DNA of 64,000 bases from Lama glama (GCA_028534125.1 CM052817.1:36582001-36646000); one strand, 5' to 3'. Positions 11,286-23,530 are shown, numbered from the stretch's first letter. Translations and numbers: made by a program. Notes: generated by a model not told the origin, from the sequence alone.

Positions 11286-13880
11286 GAGCTTTTTAAGTTC
11301 AATAGGTTTGTGACCTAGTAAATGCATCTCTACGAAGATGAGTAATGCCTTTAATTTCAAGCACTCTAGAGGCCCCAGTTGTAGTTGCCAATTTAGGTTC
11401 AGTCTCTTATGGGAAATAAATGAAATTGACAGGGTTTAGAATTTTAAAAGTTCCTAGTTTTTCTCAAATGATGATCTATAAGTGCTTACATGAGAAACAG
11501 AATGAATACATTAATTTTTATTTATTCAGGCTCTGATAAGAAAGTAGGAATTTTTTTTAGCTTATTTTATTTAAACTATGTCCTGACTGATGGTTGAAGG
11601 GGAACTATGTGTGGGTCATATCTTTCAGATGTACAAATTATGAGATCCCAGTCCCCTACTCCCCACCTCCATCCACCCCATCCTGGGGCAAATCTTTCTC
11701 TTCTGAAAAAAAGGGTTTTAGGCAAGATCTTCATTTCTCTTGTTTTTTTGTGTGCTAAGAGGACCCCTGAATATCCAGAAAATTTGGACATTTCCCCTCT
11801 ATTTTAGTTTTAATTTTAGTGCCTGTTGATTGAGTTCACAGTGATAAAAAGATTCAGTTAAATTTCAGATTTGCATTTATGTTAGTCATGCTAGCTTACT
11901 TTTAATATCGAGATGTATTTACTCAGTTAAACTTTATTTTAATCTTAGCCAGTCCTGATGATATACAGAACGCTTTCCTCAGGGTTTCATTTCCACAGAC
12001 CTTCTGTAACTTTCTTCTTATTTTCAGATTTTGTCCTATGCTTTTCCTTTCTTTCTTTGTCTCCAGGACAAAATTACTTTCATTTCCCTTAATGAAATGT
12101 ATTTCCATTTCTTATACCCTTTTTCCTTTCATAGAAAGATATTTTCCTTACGAGTTTTAGTTGTCTCAGTTATATGTATTAACCAAAATTCTTTTGAAAC
12201 CCTTAATTTCTAGTGAAAACTAAGAAGTAAGCAATTATTATAAACTTTCACAGTATTATTATGTAGATTGGCAAAATCACAAATACTGTTTATTTCTAAA
12301 ACACAGACTTTTTTATAGAAAAATTTTTATTGTGACATCAAACATTTTTGTTAATACACCTAAAAAGTTTCTCTGTAAAAGGAAGCCTTTCTTGAGTAAC
12401 TAATGTTTCAGTATCTTATTTTATTTGGGAGTGATCTATACATTGAATAAATTTTCATCATTTCACTTAACTTAGCAAAACTCTAACGTTTTAAGTCACC
12501 AAAAATCTGGAGAAACCATTTTTAAGTAGACACAGCATAAAACATAATTATTCTTGAATAATTTGCCTAAAAGCTCTTACCTCATTTATATCTATTAAAT
12601 TACAATTATTTTTAGATTATCCATGAAAGACATAAAAACAAACATAACTACAGATCTCATAGCTTCATTTCAAAACTTAGTCATCAACCGGTTATTACAT
12701 TATAAACTTACTAGTTCATAAATAACAACTGGAACAAGTTAAATTTATTTGCTCAGATGACGAAAGCTTTTCTCTATTCGTGGAAAAGACTTTTAAGATT
12801 TGTATTTGTTCTTGATAAATCCTCAAGGAAGCTGTGAATTAGATTTGTTGAGGGAGGCTTTCTAGCTGTTTGAGTTTAAAAAGGCTCTTTTCCCTCTTTT
12901 GGGGAGTGGAGGTGGGGGTCTTCAGGTTCTACCTGATTGAGCTAATTCAGCTCAGTCTCAGGTCCTTGTGGGCTGTATTTACATTTCTAATTTGTAGAGA
13001 TTTGCAAGACAAAGACAGTTGCTTTTAATTCCCCAGAGAACTGGTCTGCTGCCTAAGTGATATTAAAAGATTGATTTTCCCAACTACATTTTCTTTAATT
13101 CGATTTTTTTTTATCAGTAAGTAGACTTCCAACTACATGGAAAATCAAGAGTTCTATGTTCTAAAACTTAAAGGTTCAAATTATCACGCTTTCAAAAGTT
13201 TGCTCAAGGTATTCAATAAAGGCCCTCTTTCAGAGTGTACAACTTAAACCCAGAGCAATTTACCCTAGGGGCAAAAATTCTCCATTATTGCTTTTATATT
13301 AGCCCCTGAATACTAGCACTGAGTTTTATTTCATATTGTGTGGACGCAGATAACCCTATGGATTTTTTTAGTATGTTTAGTCAGTATTGCCTGAGGAGCA
13401 TATTTATATGCTCTGTCTTATGCAAGGCAGGGGAAGCGTTCCCCAGTGAGACCTGTTGTTTGTCGCATAGTATGATTAGGCAAAAGAGATGTAACCACCT
13501 TACAGAAAGCCAGTTCAAATATATCAGTTTTTATAAACATTCATCTCAGTTCTATCAACTCTTAACCTTTAACTTTATTCTCCATTAGGACCCCATCAGC
13601 CAGTCTTGGTCTCACAAGGAGTCCCAGAAACCTTTCTTTTTATCCTCTGACCACTTTATCTATTTTTGTATAAACGGCTTTGGGGTGTCCAGTGAGGAAT
13701 TGAGCCAAGGGACTCAGGATCTTTTGTCTATCTTTGAACTTAATTAATTGGCCTAACTGTTGCCCCAAGCGATTGCTGGTCAGGTATCTCAGTGTAATTT
13801 TTTAGCAGCCTTTTAAATATATGTATTTTAAACTGGAGTAAACAGAGTGCACTTGTTTAGGGCTCTTCAATGTTGAGGAC

Positions 13881-16533
13881 TGTCAACTGAAATAAATGCA
13901 CAGCCTAAAAGTTGAGAGTTTTATTCAACGGAAGGACTCGAACCAGGATGACAGCCTCTCAGATGGCTCTGAGAAACTGCTCCAAAGAGGTAAGGGAGAA
14001 GCTAGGATGTATTGGAGTTTTACAACAAAGACCAGGTAGTTGGAACATTAAATGATTTCTTGTTATTTGAAGAAAACCAGAAGGAGTCCTAGAAGTCTTT
14101 TTTTTTCAATCTCTTGTCCATTTTATCTAATTTTATATAAAAGTCTCTGGGATCCTCAGTTTGCGCCAAAGGACTTAGGCCCTTGTCGATTTTAAAATTT
14201 GATTAATTGGTCTAACTGTTGCCCCAGTTGTTGATCAAGTATCTCAGTGTATATTTTTTCTCCAGCCCTATAAATATATACATTTTAAACCAGGGTAAAT
14301 AGAGCAGACTTGTTTGAACTTTAATGTTGGGGACCAGTAGGTGATCCCTTTGGCCTTTTTAACCTTACGTAGTGTAGTATCAAAACCTTGTCTTTCTTAA
14401 GCCATAAATATCCCTTTTATTTATCCCATTTTAAATAACCATCTGAAAAATGTTTATCCATTTGGGATAAGTCCCTTATTTTTCCCTTGTTAAGAAAAAA
14501 AAATCTTTATAGACATTTTCTACATTCCTTTTTCCTGTACTCAACCTAATTAACATTAATTATTCTAATGTTTTTATAGCATCTCTAAAACCCATTGAGG
14601 GGAAAACGGAAACACAAATACAGCTTTTCAAATCCGTTTTTTTTTAAATTAAGTTCTTAGGTTAACCATTAGATATATATTTTTCCACCTTTAAACTTGA
14701 TTGATTTTTATAGGTACCAATAAAACCTATAAACTATACGTTTATAACGAGAGCTCTCTAAAGTTTTACCAGTTTAGAAGTTTTTCCAATTTAAAGGATC
14801 TGTCATCTGGCCATCAGTGAAATACGTATATATTAGTAGTGATTTTAAACCGATAGACAAATAGGCTTTCCCACAAGAAAGTAGAGGGGGTGGGTTGCCG
14901 CCTAAATAAGATTCAAAAGTTTACTCCCCCAAAATGTAAAGGCCTTTGCAGTCCAGGCTGATGCAACAAAGGTTAAGGTGGCAAAATGTCTGAGAATTGG
15001 TACAATCAAAAGATTGTTCAGAATCCCCCTTTATTTGCTTGGCCACCATATGTACATCATATTTATACCTTCTAGATGACAGAGTCCAAGTTTTCTTTAA
15101 AAAAAAAAAACACATACATACATACATACACACAAAACACCCAGAGAAAGAAAACCTTTACATTTCAAGGACACAGGAAGAGAAATCCAAGTTCCTCTTA
15201 AAAGGGCTTTTGTTTCTGTAAGGTAAGAATTCCGGAAAAAAAATATTTTTATCAGGCCGACTTTTGTTTTACCTTAACTGTGTAAGCAATGGAAGAGCCC
15301 TGACCTAGTTATTTTCAAGGTAAGATTTTCTTTAATTCTCAGTTAAAGTAAATTTTGTACATACATGAACTTGGCCGGGGTATTAGTAGGAGGTTGGCAG
15401 TCTGTCATTTCTTTTTCTTTTGTCTTGAAAGTTCTAGTCCCCATTCTAAGGTCGGGTTGTCGGAACAAAATTGCTAGTGGGTTTCCCCGCAGGGACAGCT
15501 ACATGGCATGAGATATTTGCCTCCACCACTCCTGCAAGTTTCTCAGTCACCTGAGAAAGCCATTGCCAGCCAGGAGGAGAGTCCCATCTTTGGAGTTGAA
15601 AGGCTTCTCATAAGATTTTACTTTTATCTCGACAAATTCAATGGAGGTAGCCAAACTGAGGAAAGTGTTAGACCAGCCTCTTACCCAACCACTCCGTCCA
15701 GACGTTGGTATCTTTCAACCAGCCCTACCTACGACGTCTCCTCTAGGTGGGTATTTCCCGGTACCTTTCAACCAGTCCCCACCAGCGCGTCTCCACTGGG
15801 TGGGTATTTCCCCCCAGTATCTTTCAATTGGGGGTCTAGGTACCTGAATACACCACCAAATAAAATTCAGTATCATCAACCAACATGGGAGATCCAAGAA
15901 CCTGGAGAGACTCACCCAAATTCGTCTGGACTCCCCAAGGAGGCAGATGGGTACAAAGGACCACTGCTGGTACCAAGGCTCCAGTTCCTCGTAGAGTTCA
16001 GACAAAGGAGAGAAGTCTGCTCTGGGTCCCTCCCTTCGTAGTGGTCACCAAAACTGTCAACTGAAGTTAATGCACAGCCTAAAAGTTGTGAGTTATGTTT
16101 TAATCGGCGAGAGGACTCAAGCCAGGATAACAGCTTCTCAGATCACTCTGAGAAACTGCTCCAAAGAGGTAGGAGAGGAGCTAGGATATATAGGAATTTT
16201 ACAACAAAGACCAGGTAGTCGGAACATTAAAAGATTACTTGTTAAATGAAGAAAACTGGACATGTCAAGTTAAAGAATTTAGTGCTTTTCTATGTATGGG
16301 AGGGAGCAAACATTTCGGCTCATTGAATTCATTCCTTTGACAAGCACCTGGCTATCTAGGGCCAATATCCTGTCCTTTCTTATTCTCAGTCCCCTCAGAG
16401 TGCACCATTGTAAGTGGCTGCAGAGGCTGGGCTGCAGGCTTGTCTTCACTGGAGGGTGGCGGTAGCGGCTGATGACTTGGTGGCTTCAGCATTCTTTGTT
16501 TACTGATATGGCTTGCAGTATTTTTCGTTCACA
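13881..16533 (-). mobile_element. Inner ERV1 provirus with internal deletion: partial 3' LTR 13881-14080, full 5' LTR 16055-16533, PBS-like site 16031-16050
   Basis: Two direct LTR copies both begin tgtcaactgaa (about 85% identical by eye). Flanks aggac/gggac. PBS reads TGGTGACCAC(TAC)GAAGGGA on the - strand, close to the tRNA-Arg PBS TGGCGACCACGAAGGGAC. Confidence 0.85.
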
Positions 16534-16830
16534 GGGACCAACAGGAGGTCCCTTTGGCCCTCCAAACTTAGGTAGTGTTGTATCCAAAACCTTTGTTTTA
16601 ATCCCATTAACATCTGTTTTATTTATTTCATTTCTTAACCATCTAAAGATTTTTATTCTTTAAAATTTGTTGGAAAGAAGTGTCTAGACTTTCCCATCAG
16701 TTTTTTCTAGTTCCCCTGTTAATCCACCTAATTAACAGTTAATCTGTTTTTATTAGCATCCGTAAGTTTCATTGAAGGGAAACAGACTACAAATGCAGCT
16801 TCCCAAACTGGTTTTTGCTGTTGTTGTTTT

Positions 16831-18030
16831 TTAAATTTATTTTTATTTATTTATTTTTTGATCATCTTTATCCTTTCTTTTTTTTTTAACACCTGTAGTG
16901 TGGTGTGATTCCTGTACAGTAAAATACACATATTTCAGATGTACAACTTGATGAATTTTGATAGATGTATACACCAGTGGAAACCATCACCACAATCAAG
17001 ATAGCTAACATTTCCATCACTCCCTAGGAGGTACAAATTTCGAATTCCCAGTTTATCCCTTCCCATCTCCATTACTCCCTGGTAACCATAAGTTTGTTCT
17101 TTACGTCTGTGAGTCTGTTTTTGTTTTGTAAAGAAGTTCATTTGTGTCTTTTTTTTTCTTTTTTCAGATTCCACATATAAACGATATGATATTTTTCTTT
17201 CTCTTCATGGCTTTCTTCACTTAGAATGACAGCCTCCAGGTCCATCCATGTTGCTGCAAATGGCATCATTTTATTCTTTTTTATGGCTTAGTAGTATTCC
17301 ATTGTGTATATATACCATATGTTCTTTATCCAGTCATCTGTTGATGGACATTTCGGTTGTTTCCATGTCTTGACTATTGGAAATAGTGCTGCTGTGAACA
17401 TTGGGGTGCATGTATCTTTTTGAATTATATTTTCCTCCAGATATATGTCCAAGAGTGGGATTGCTGGATCAAATGGTAAGTTTATTTTTAGTTTTTTAAG
17501 GAACCTCCGTACTGTCCTCCATAGTGGCTGAACCAATTTACATTCCCACGGGCAGTGTAGGAGGGTTCCCTTTTCCTCACACCCTCTCCAGCATTTACCG
17601 TACATAGACTTTTTAATAATGGCCATTCTGACTGTTGTGAGGTGATATCTCATTGTAGTTTTGATTTGCATTTCTCTAGCAATTAGTGATGTGCTTGTTG
17701 GCTATCTGTCTGTCTTCTTTGGAGAGATATCTATTTATGTCTTCTGCCTATTTTTTGATTGGGTTGCTTGTTTTTTTTGATATTAAGCTGTATGAGTTGT
17801 TTGTATATTTTGGAAATTAGTCCCTTGTCAGTCACATCATTTGCAAATATTTTCTCTCATTCTGTAGGTTGTGGTTTCATTTTGTTGATAGAATCCTTAG
17901 ATGTGCAAAAACTTTTAAATTTAATGAGACCCCATTTGTTTATTTTTGCTTTCATTTCCATTACTCTAGGAGCTTGTTCAAAAAAAATATTGCTGTGATT
18001 TATGTCAAAGAGTGTTCTGCCTATGTTTTC
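16831..18030 (-). mobile_element. 5'-truncated L1 (ORF2 C-terminus + 3'UTR) with chimeric 3' end
   Basis: ORF 17288-17671(-) [33 protein letters not shown] is the L1 ORF2 C-terminal Cys-rich region; TSD ctgttgttgtttt (16818-16830) / ctgttgtttgtttt (18031-18044) followed by aa. Confidence 0.9.
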
Positions 18031-18682
18031 CTGTTGTTTGTTTTAAACTAAGGGATTTCTTAAGGTTATCCTTTTTAATTTTTTTGCATTTACCTTCTAC
18101 TTTGGTCTTTTCATAGGTACCAATAAAATAGGTGTTTATATTGAGAGCTCTTTAAAAATTTACCAATTCAAGAGTTTCTTCAGTTTAAAGGATCTATCAT
18201 CTGGCCACTGAAGAATAGTATCTTAAAGACTACTCAAACCAATAAGATGCGAAAGGTGTCCCCACAACAGAATGCAGGGGATGCAGCCTTCACAAGATCT
18301 AGAAAGTTTACTCCCTAAAATACTAAGAAAGTGAGGGCCTTCATTGTACAGAAAAACGCAACAAAGATTGAGATGACAGGAGCCCATTATGGGCTGGGAC
18401 CCCTTATGACAAAATTCTCTAAGAGTTGGCACAACCAGAGAAAGACTGCTCAGAATCCCAGATTACCGGGTGGCTGCCAGATATACATCATATGTGTACT
18501 TCCTGGATTCCAGGAACCAAGCTCTCAAGACACAGGGGGGAGAAAAAGCCTGAGAAGATCAGGTAGAATATTTACATCTCAAAGACACACAGAGAGAAAT
18601 GCAAGTTCCTCCTAGAAGGGCCTTTGTTCCTTTAAGGTCAAAATTCTGAAAAGATGGTTTCTCAAGCTAGCTTTTTCTAGAT

Positions 18683-18683
<1 letters not shown>

Positions 18684-18713
<30 letters not shown>
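18684..18713. repeat. (CA)15 microsatellite
   Basis: Direct reading. Confidence 0.95.
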
Positions 18714-18719
<6 letters not shown>

Positions 18720-20115
18720 AATTAATTTTGGAATGTCAAAAGAACCCCAATTTGGCCATTTTTAGGCTGAGATGTCCTTTAATTCTCAGATAAGCAAGTA
18801 CTTGTAGGAAAAAATTCTGTACATGCATAATAAAATCTTCCTAGTGTCTCTCAACTGGGGTAGCCCACTCAGTGTCTTTCAATTGAGCAAAATCTTCCCA
18901 GGATCTTTCATCTTGGGTAATTTCATCTTGAGTAACCCAGGTAACTCTTCTTGAAACTAAGTTCAAGGAAAACCTACTCTTCCAGAGAGGAGTTTATCCA
19001 CCACCAAATAAAACTTAAGATCATCAGCCAATAAGGGGAGATCCAAGAACCAGGAGAGACTCTCCCAAATTTGCCTGGTCTCTCTGAGAGGGCAGACAGG
19101 CTTAAGAGGCCTCTGCTGGTACCAAGGCTCCAGGTCCTCGTAGAGTCCAGGCAAAGGGGAGAAGTCTGCTCTGGGTCCCTTTTCTGTTCACAAGAATGGT
19201 CAACTGAAGAAAAATGCACAACCTGAAAGTTTCAAGTTAAGCCTTATTTGAAGATCTTACTGAGGACTGTAGCTTGGGAGGCAGTCTCTCAGGTAACTCT
19301 GAGGAACTGCTCCAAAGAGGTAAAGGAGAGGCCAAGATACATAGGAGTTTTTTGCTTCAAAAAAAAAAAAAAAAATCTAGTCGAACATCAGAGATTACTC
19401 TTAGTCATGAGAAACAGACATCTCAAGTTATGACTTCAGTGCTTTTCTAGGTATGGGAAGATGCAAGAATCTGGGCTCATTGAAATTGTTTGTTAGATAT
19501 GCATTTTAACTATCTTGGGCCAGCACCCAAAGCACATAATGCTGCTGCTTTTTCTCTATCCTGATTTCCCCTCAGCATGTACAACGGGGTGAGGGGGTTG
19601 GGGTGTGTGTGTGACTGCAGTGGCTGATGGCTTGATCCCTGTTTACCAGAATGACAGGCTACATTCCCTGTCCACATCTATCAGATCCTTCTTAAATGTA
19701 AATGAGTGTGAATGTAAATGTAAATAAGTTTCCCTCGTCCTGAAGCTGAACTGTTGTTATACTTGCTCTTGTGTTTCCCTTATTGGGCAGAGCTGGGGGA
19801 GGTGGGGAAATGGGGTTGTTTTGGAATGGGTCAGACAGCAGAGAATCATTATGAAATCTCCATTGGCTGTGACCTTGCTCTGGAATAAGGCGCCTCCTCC
19901 TGCCTGCTGGAGTCCTGGGCCCTCCCCGCCCTCCCAGCCTTACCTTCTTGTGGATAAAGAAGAGGGCTGCAGACAGGGTGTACTACTGGCACCCTAAAGT
20001 ATGTATCTGAATCCACTCTTCCTTAGAATCTAGGTACTGTTTCTACTTACAGTTTCTGAGTGCTTGTCTTGTGTCTAGTATTGTATTTAGGGCAAAACAT
20101 ACCCAGCTGTCATAG

Positions 20116-20650
20116 TGAGGCAGGAAGGAAGTGGGCAGGACACAGCCATTAAAGGAATGACATAGCAGTTAGCACCAAGATGGTGGAAGATTCAACTCCC
20201 AGTAGACCTGGAGGCCAAAGATGGCAGGACATTCAACCTCCAGTGGACCTTAAGCTTCATTATACTCATTGTAAGGTACTAGCATGGTGAATGACACACC
20301 CACAGGTGCCATGACAATTCCAAAGACAAAAGAGTGGGCAGTGGCCCAGCTCCTGGGAATCCCCGCCCTTTCCCCAAGGTAGTTGGAATAATCCTCTCAC
20401 TTTTCAGCATATAAAAACGAGCAAGACCGCACCTCAAGGGCTTGAGCTCTCTCTCTTGCTTTTGAGAGGGCCTGCGCTCTGTCTGTGGAGTGTGTATCTA
20501 CCTTATTTTAACAACTTCCCCCGCCCCCCTCCCCGTCTACACCTCTGTAAATAAATCCACTTTTACTCAACTATGGCTCACTCTTGAATTCTTTCCTGTG
20601 TGAAGCCAAGGATCCTCACTTGGCAGGGCGTGTCCCAGGGACTTGTGACA
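20116..20650 (+). mobile_element. ERV1 solo LTR (family A), sense to ABCG2
   Basis: TGAGGCAG...TGTGACA; flanks atag/gtag; TATA-like ~20410; AATAAA 20550-20555. Confidence 0.85.
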
Positions 20651-20879
20651 GTAGGCTGGGAGGGGTGTGCAGGCCAGTGTCCCCATCCTAGCTCTTGGAT
20701 GATTATAGTAGCCTCTACATGGTCTCCCTATTCTCTGCTTCTCCCCCAGTGCCCCCCCACCACAAGTCAGAGTCATCTTTTTAAACATTGTTAGATCTTA
20801 TCTTTCCTCTACCCAGAACTTTTTGGTGCCTTCCAGTCTCATTTGAAGCCAAAGCCAGAGTTCTTGCCGTGGCCTATGG

Positions 20880-21389
20880 TGTATGCAGTGCCGACTGGTG
20901 CCTGCCAAGGCTCTGAGACCCCCATTCCCAGGCTCTCAGATGTCCACCTGCAATCCCTGAAAAAAACAAAGTACACCCTTTCCTAACGTTGTTTGCTGTA
21001 GCAGAATTAACAGCCCTGGGAAATGACTAGCCTCACCAAGGCTCAGGCCGACTTGTTCTCCTCCTTATCGGAATCATGAATTCCACTACCTTGCCTGTGT
21101 CAGCCCATGTCTCCATCTCACTGGAGTCATAAATCTACTACCTGCCTTATACCAACTCCCCTTACCTCACTTACAGCCAATCAGAAATCTGTTACCCTAT
21201 CCCTTTGTGTTCACAGCCCCTTCTCCTATAAAAGACCCTTCATGTTCACACCTGGTGGACACACAGGCACCTCTTGCCTGTGTGGCCCACTGTTGCCTGT
21301 AGCAGCAAACCTATTGTTCTTGAACTTTCTTTGCCTTTGGTAAATTCTTACCAACCGGAGCCACAGGCTCCACCAAGTGTTCCTCAACA
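20880..21389 (+). mobile_element. Solo LTR, sense to ABCG2
   Basis: TG...CAACA ends; CCAAT 21177-21181; TATAAAAG 21227-21234; degenerate poly(A) signal AGCAAA 21304-21309; no clear TSD. Confidence 0.7.
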
Positions 21390-22194
21390 ATACTGTATAT
21401 ATTACATATACATCTACATATATTCTCTGCACTCATGACATAGCTTACTTTAATTTTTTTGATATTTCTAGGCTACGTAGTTTGCAAGTTTTTTCAGATT
21501 GTTGCAAATCTCAAAAATAATTTTCCAATATATTTATTGAAAGGAAATCTGCATATAAGTGGACCTGCACAGCTCAAACCTGTGTTGTTCAAGGTGATGG
21601 CAAATGCAAGTTCATGTGTAGGACGCACGGTGAGGCAAGCAAACGGAAAAGTCGGATTCTGGAGCAGAGAAAGGTTTACTGCAGGGCCAAGCAAGAACAG
21701 GTGGCTCTTGCTCAAAAGACCTGAACTCCCTGTTGGTTTTCTGGGAGGTTTCTATAGTCAAAATCTGGGGTGAGGGCTGCAGGGTGTATGACTTTCTTCT
21801 GATTGGTTGGTGGTGGGGTACCAGGGCGGTGTTCCAGGAATCTTGTGCTCAGCCTGAAGTTACCAACCTCCACCTGGGTGGGGGCCTTAGCTCCTTCAGT
21901 AGAACTCGGGGATATGTATCAGATTGCTACGCATATCCCTTGAGGAGGAATCAGGGCCCTTCCCCATTGCTGCGCTATTGTTTCCTGACTGCCTCTCCCT
22001 TGTTTTGCATTCCTTCACTCCGAAGAGTAACTGTTTGACTCTGTCCTTTGGAATTCAGGGAAGGTTTAGGAGGCTGAAGCCTTTTCCTACAAAAAAGAAA
22101 TGGGTGTATGTAGGGAGCAGAGAGGGGGACACGGAAAGTCTTTGGTACCCAGGAGGGCCCCACAGGATGCTGCTCAGTTTCAAAGGGTCAACTG
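21390..22194 (+). mobile_element. Tigger2-type (TcMar) DNA transposon end, split by an LTR insertion
   Basis: ...atataagtggacctgcacagctcaaacctgtgttgttcaagg[LTR]gtcaactg-ta rebuilds the Tigger2/MER8 terminus. Confidence 0.8.
21595..22182 (-). mobile_element. ERV1 solo LTR
   Basis: TG...CA with perfect 4-bp TSD aagg (21591-21594 / 22183-22186). Confidence 0.9.
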
Positions 22195-22759
22195 TATTTA
22201 CTTTATGTGCACTTCCATCTATTTAAAAAGACTGAAAAATTAAAGAGACAGAAAACAGATCCATGGTTGTCAGGGGCTGGGGTGGGAGGAGGGGATTTCT
22301 TTGGGGGTGATGGAAATGGTCTGTGTCTTGATTTTGGTGGTTATATGACTACATTTTCAAAAGTTCAAAAACTATACTTAAAGAGGATGCGTTTTCCTGT
22401 TTACAACACTGTTTTCATTTGGCATGCTTTCAATAAACATGACAAGAAACAAAGATTAGGCTGATTCATGAGTAGAGTTGGCAGTATATTGGAAGGAATG
22501 TTATACCTACCAAAATATTCCCCTTTTTGGGGAGTCATCTATACCTTTTTTCCACAAGTCATTGGTTTCCCCATAGATCCCTAGCTGGCCTTGCCAGTAT
22601 CTCCTCAGCTGGAAGGATGAGGCTGTTTAGGACAAGTGAGGAGAGGGCTGAGAGGGGACCTGCCGAGCTTCCAGAGTCACGTCTTAGCTCCCTACAGGGC
22701 ATATAGTCACCCTTTGATGGCCTTTGCTTACCTCTCCAGCCTCATTTTCTTACTGCCCC

Positions 22760-23378
22760 TGTTGAGGGGCAGAATAGGTTCTTGCCTCGCGCAGGAAAGA
22801 ATTCAAGAGCAAGGCATGGTAAAGTGAAAATAACTTTATTTAGAGAGATATATACTCCATGGACAGAGTGCAGTCTGTCTCCCTCAGAAGGGAAAATGGC
22901 TTAGGCGATACACACTTCATATGCAGAATGTAGACCATCTCAGAAAGGTGAGAGGGAGAGAAGTCGAGAGGTGTGGAGTGTTTAAAGTAAAAGTCAATAC
23001 ATACTCCGTGGACAGAGTGCGGACCGACTCAGAAGGTGAGCAGGACAGAGCGAGGGTGGCAGAGCGAGTGAGAGCGGCCACGAGGTGCGGAGTTGTTAGG
23101 GTTTATGGGCTCGGCAATTTCACATGCTAACAAGTGGGAGGATTATTCCAACTGCTTTGGGGAAGGGGCAAGGATTTCCAGGAAACATCCTCCCTGCCCA
23201 CTTTTGACCTCTTAAAGGCAGCCTAGGAACTGTCACGGCGCTTGTGGGTGCGCCATGACGCTCAAGGTCTGCTGGCAGTCGAATCTTCCACCATCTAGGT
23301 TCTAACCAGCTTGTCCTGTCTTCGATGGCTGTGTCATTCCTTCAGTGATTGTGCCCTGCCCCTTTCCTCCCACTTCTC
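22760..23378 (-). mobile_element. ERV1 solo LTR (family A) with three internal sub-repeats
   Basis: Homologous to 1828-2451 (gcaggaaagaattcaagagc, tttatttagagagata, gattattccaact..ttggggaagggg); right end approximate. Confidence 0.8.
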
Positions 23379-23530
23379 TCCTTCCCGAAACATAAACTAT
23401 AGTATTTTAAACTGCATGTGTTTCCCAACAGTCTCTTTCAGTTTAAGGACTTTTGCTTTCCTTTACTAGACCAACTTTCTCTTTTCCCCTCTTCACATCA
23501 TCTGGTTAGTCTCCTCTAGGAAGCCACTTC

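Larger units (their letters stand above)
11750..19676 (-). mobile_element. Outer degenerate ERV1 (MER4-group-like) provirus: internal region plus 5' LTR at 19197-19676; left boundary approximate, 3' LTR not found
   Basis: LTR tggtcaactg...tgtccaca; leader 18990-19196 is paralogous to 15850-16054; AT-rich non-coding internal sequence; interrupted by the inner ERV and an L1. Confidence 0.75.

Noticed and set aside
11750..15500. Possible intact gag/pol/env (e.g. captured env)
   Set aside because: No long ORF or retroviral protein motif on the - strand; the sequence is AT-rich and degenerate.
15700..15835. Spaced short repeats (gtatctttcaa) resembling a CRISPR-like array
   Set aside because: Three degenerate units within the ERV leader, also present at 18840-18930; eukaryotic context with no cas genes.
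15508..16041. 177-aa ORF, the longest in the ORF track
   Set aside because: Antisense to the ERV leader, built from short leader sub-repeats, with no recognisable domain; the paralogous leader at ~18840-19190 does not keep it.
17288..17671. 127-aa ORF as a host gene
   Set aside because: It is an L1 ORF2 C-terminal fragment from a truncated insertion.
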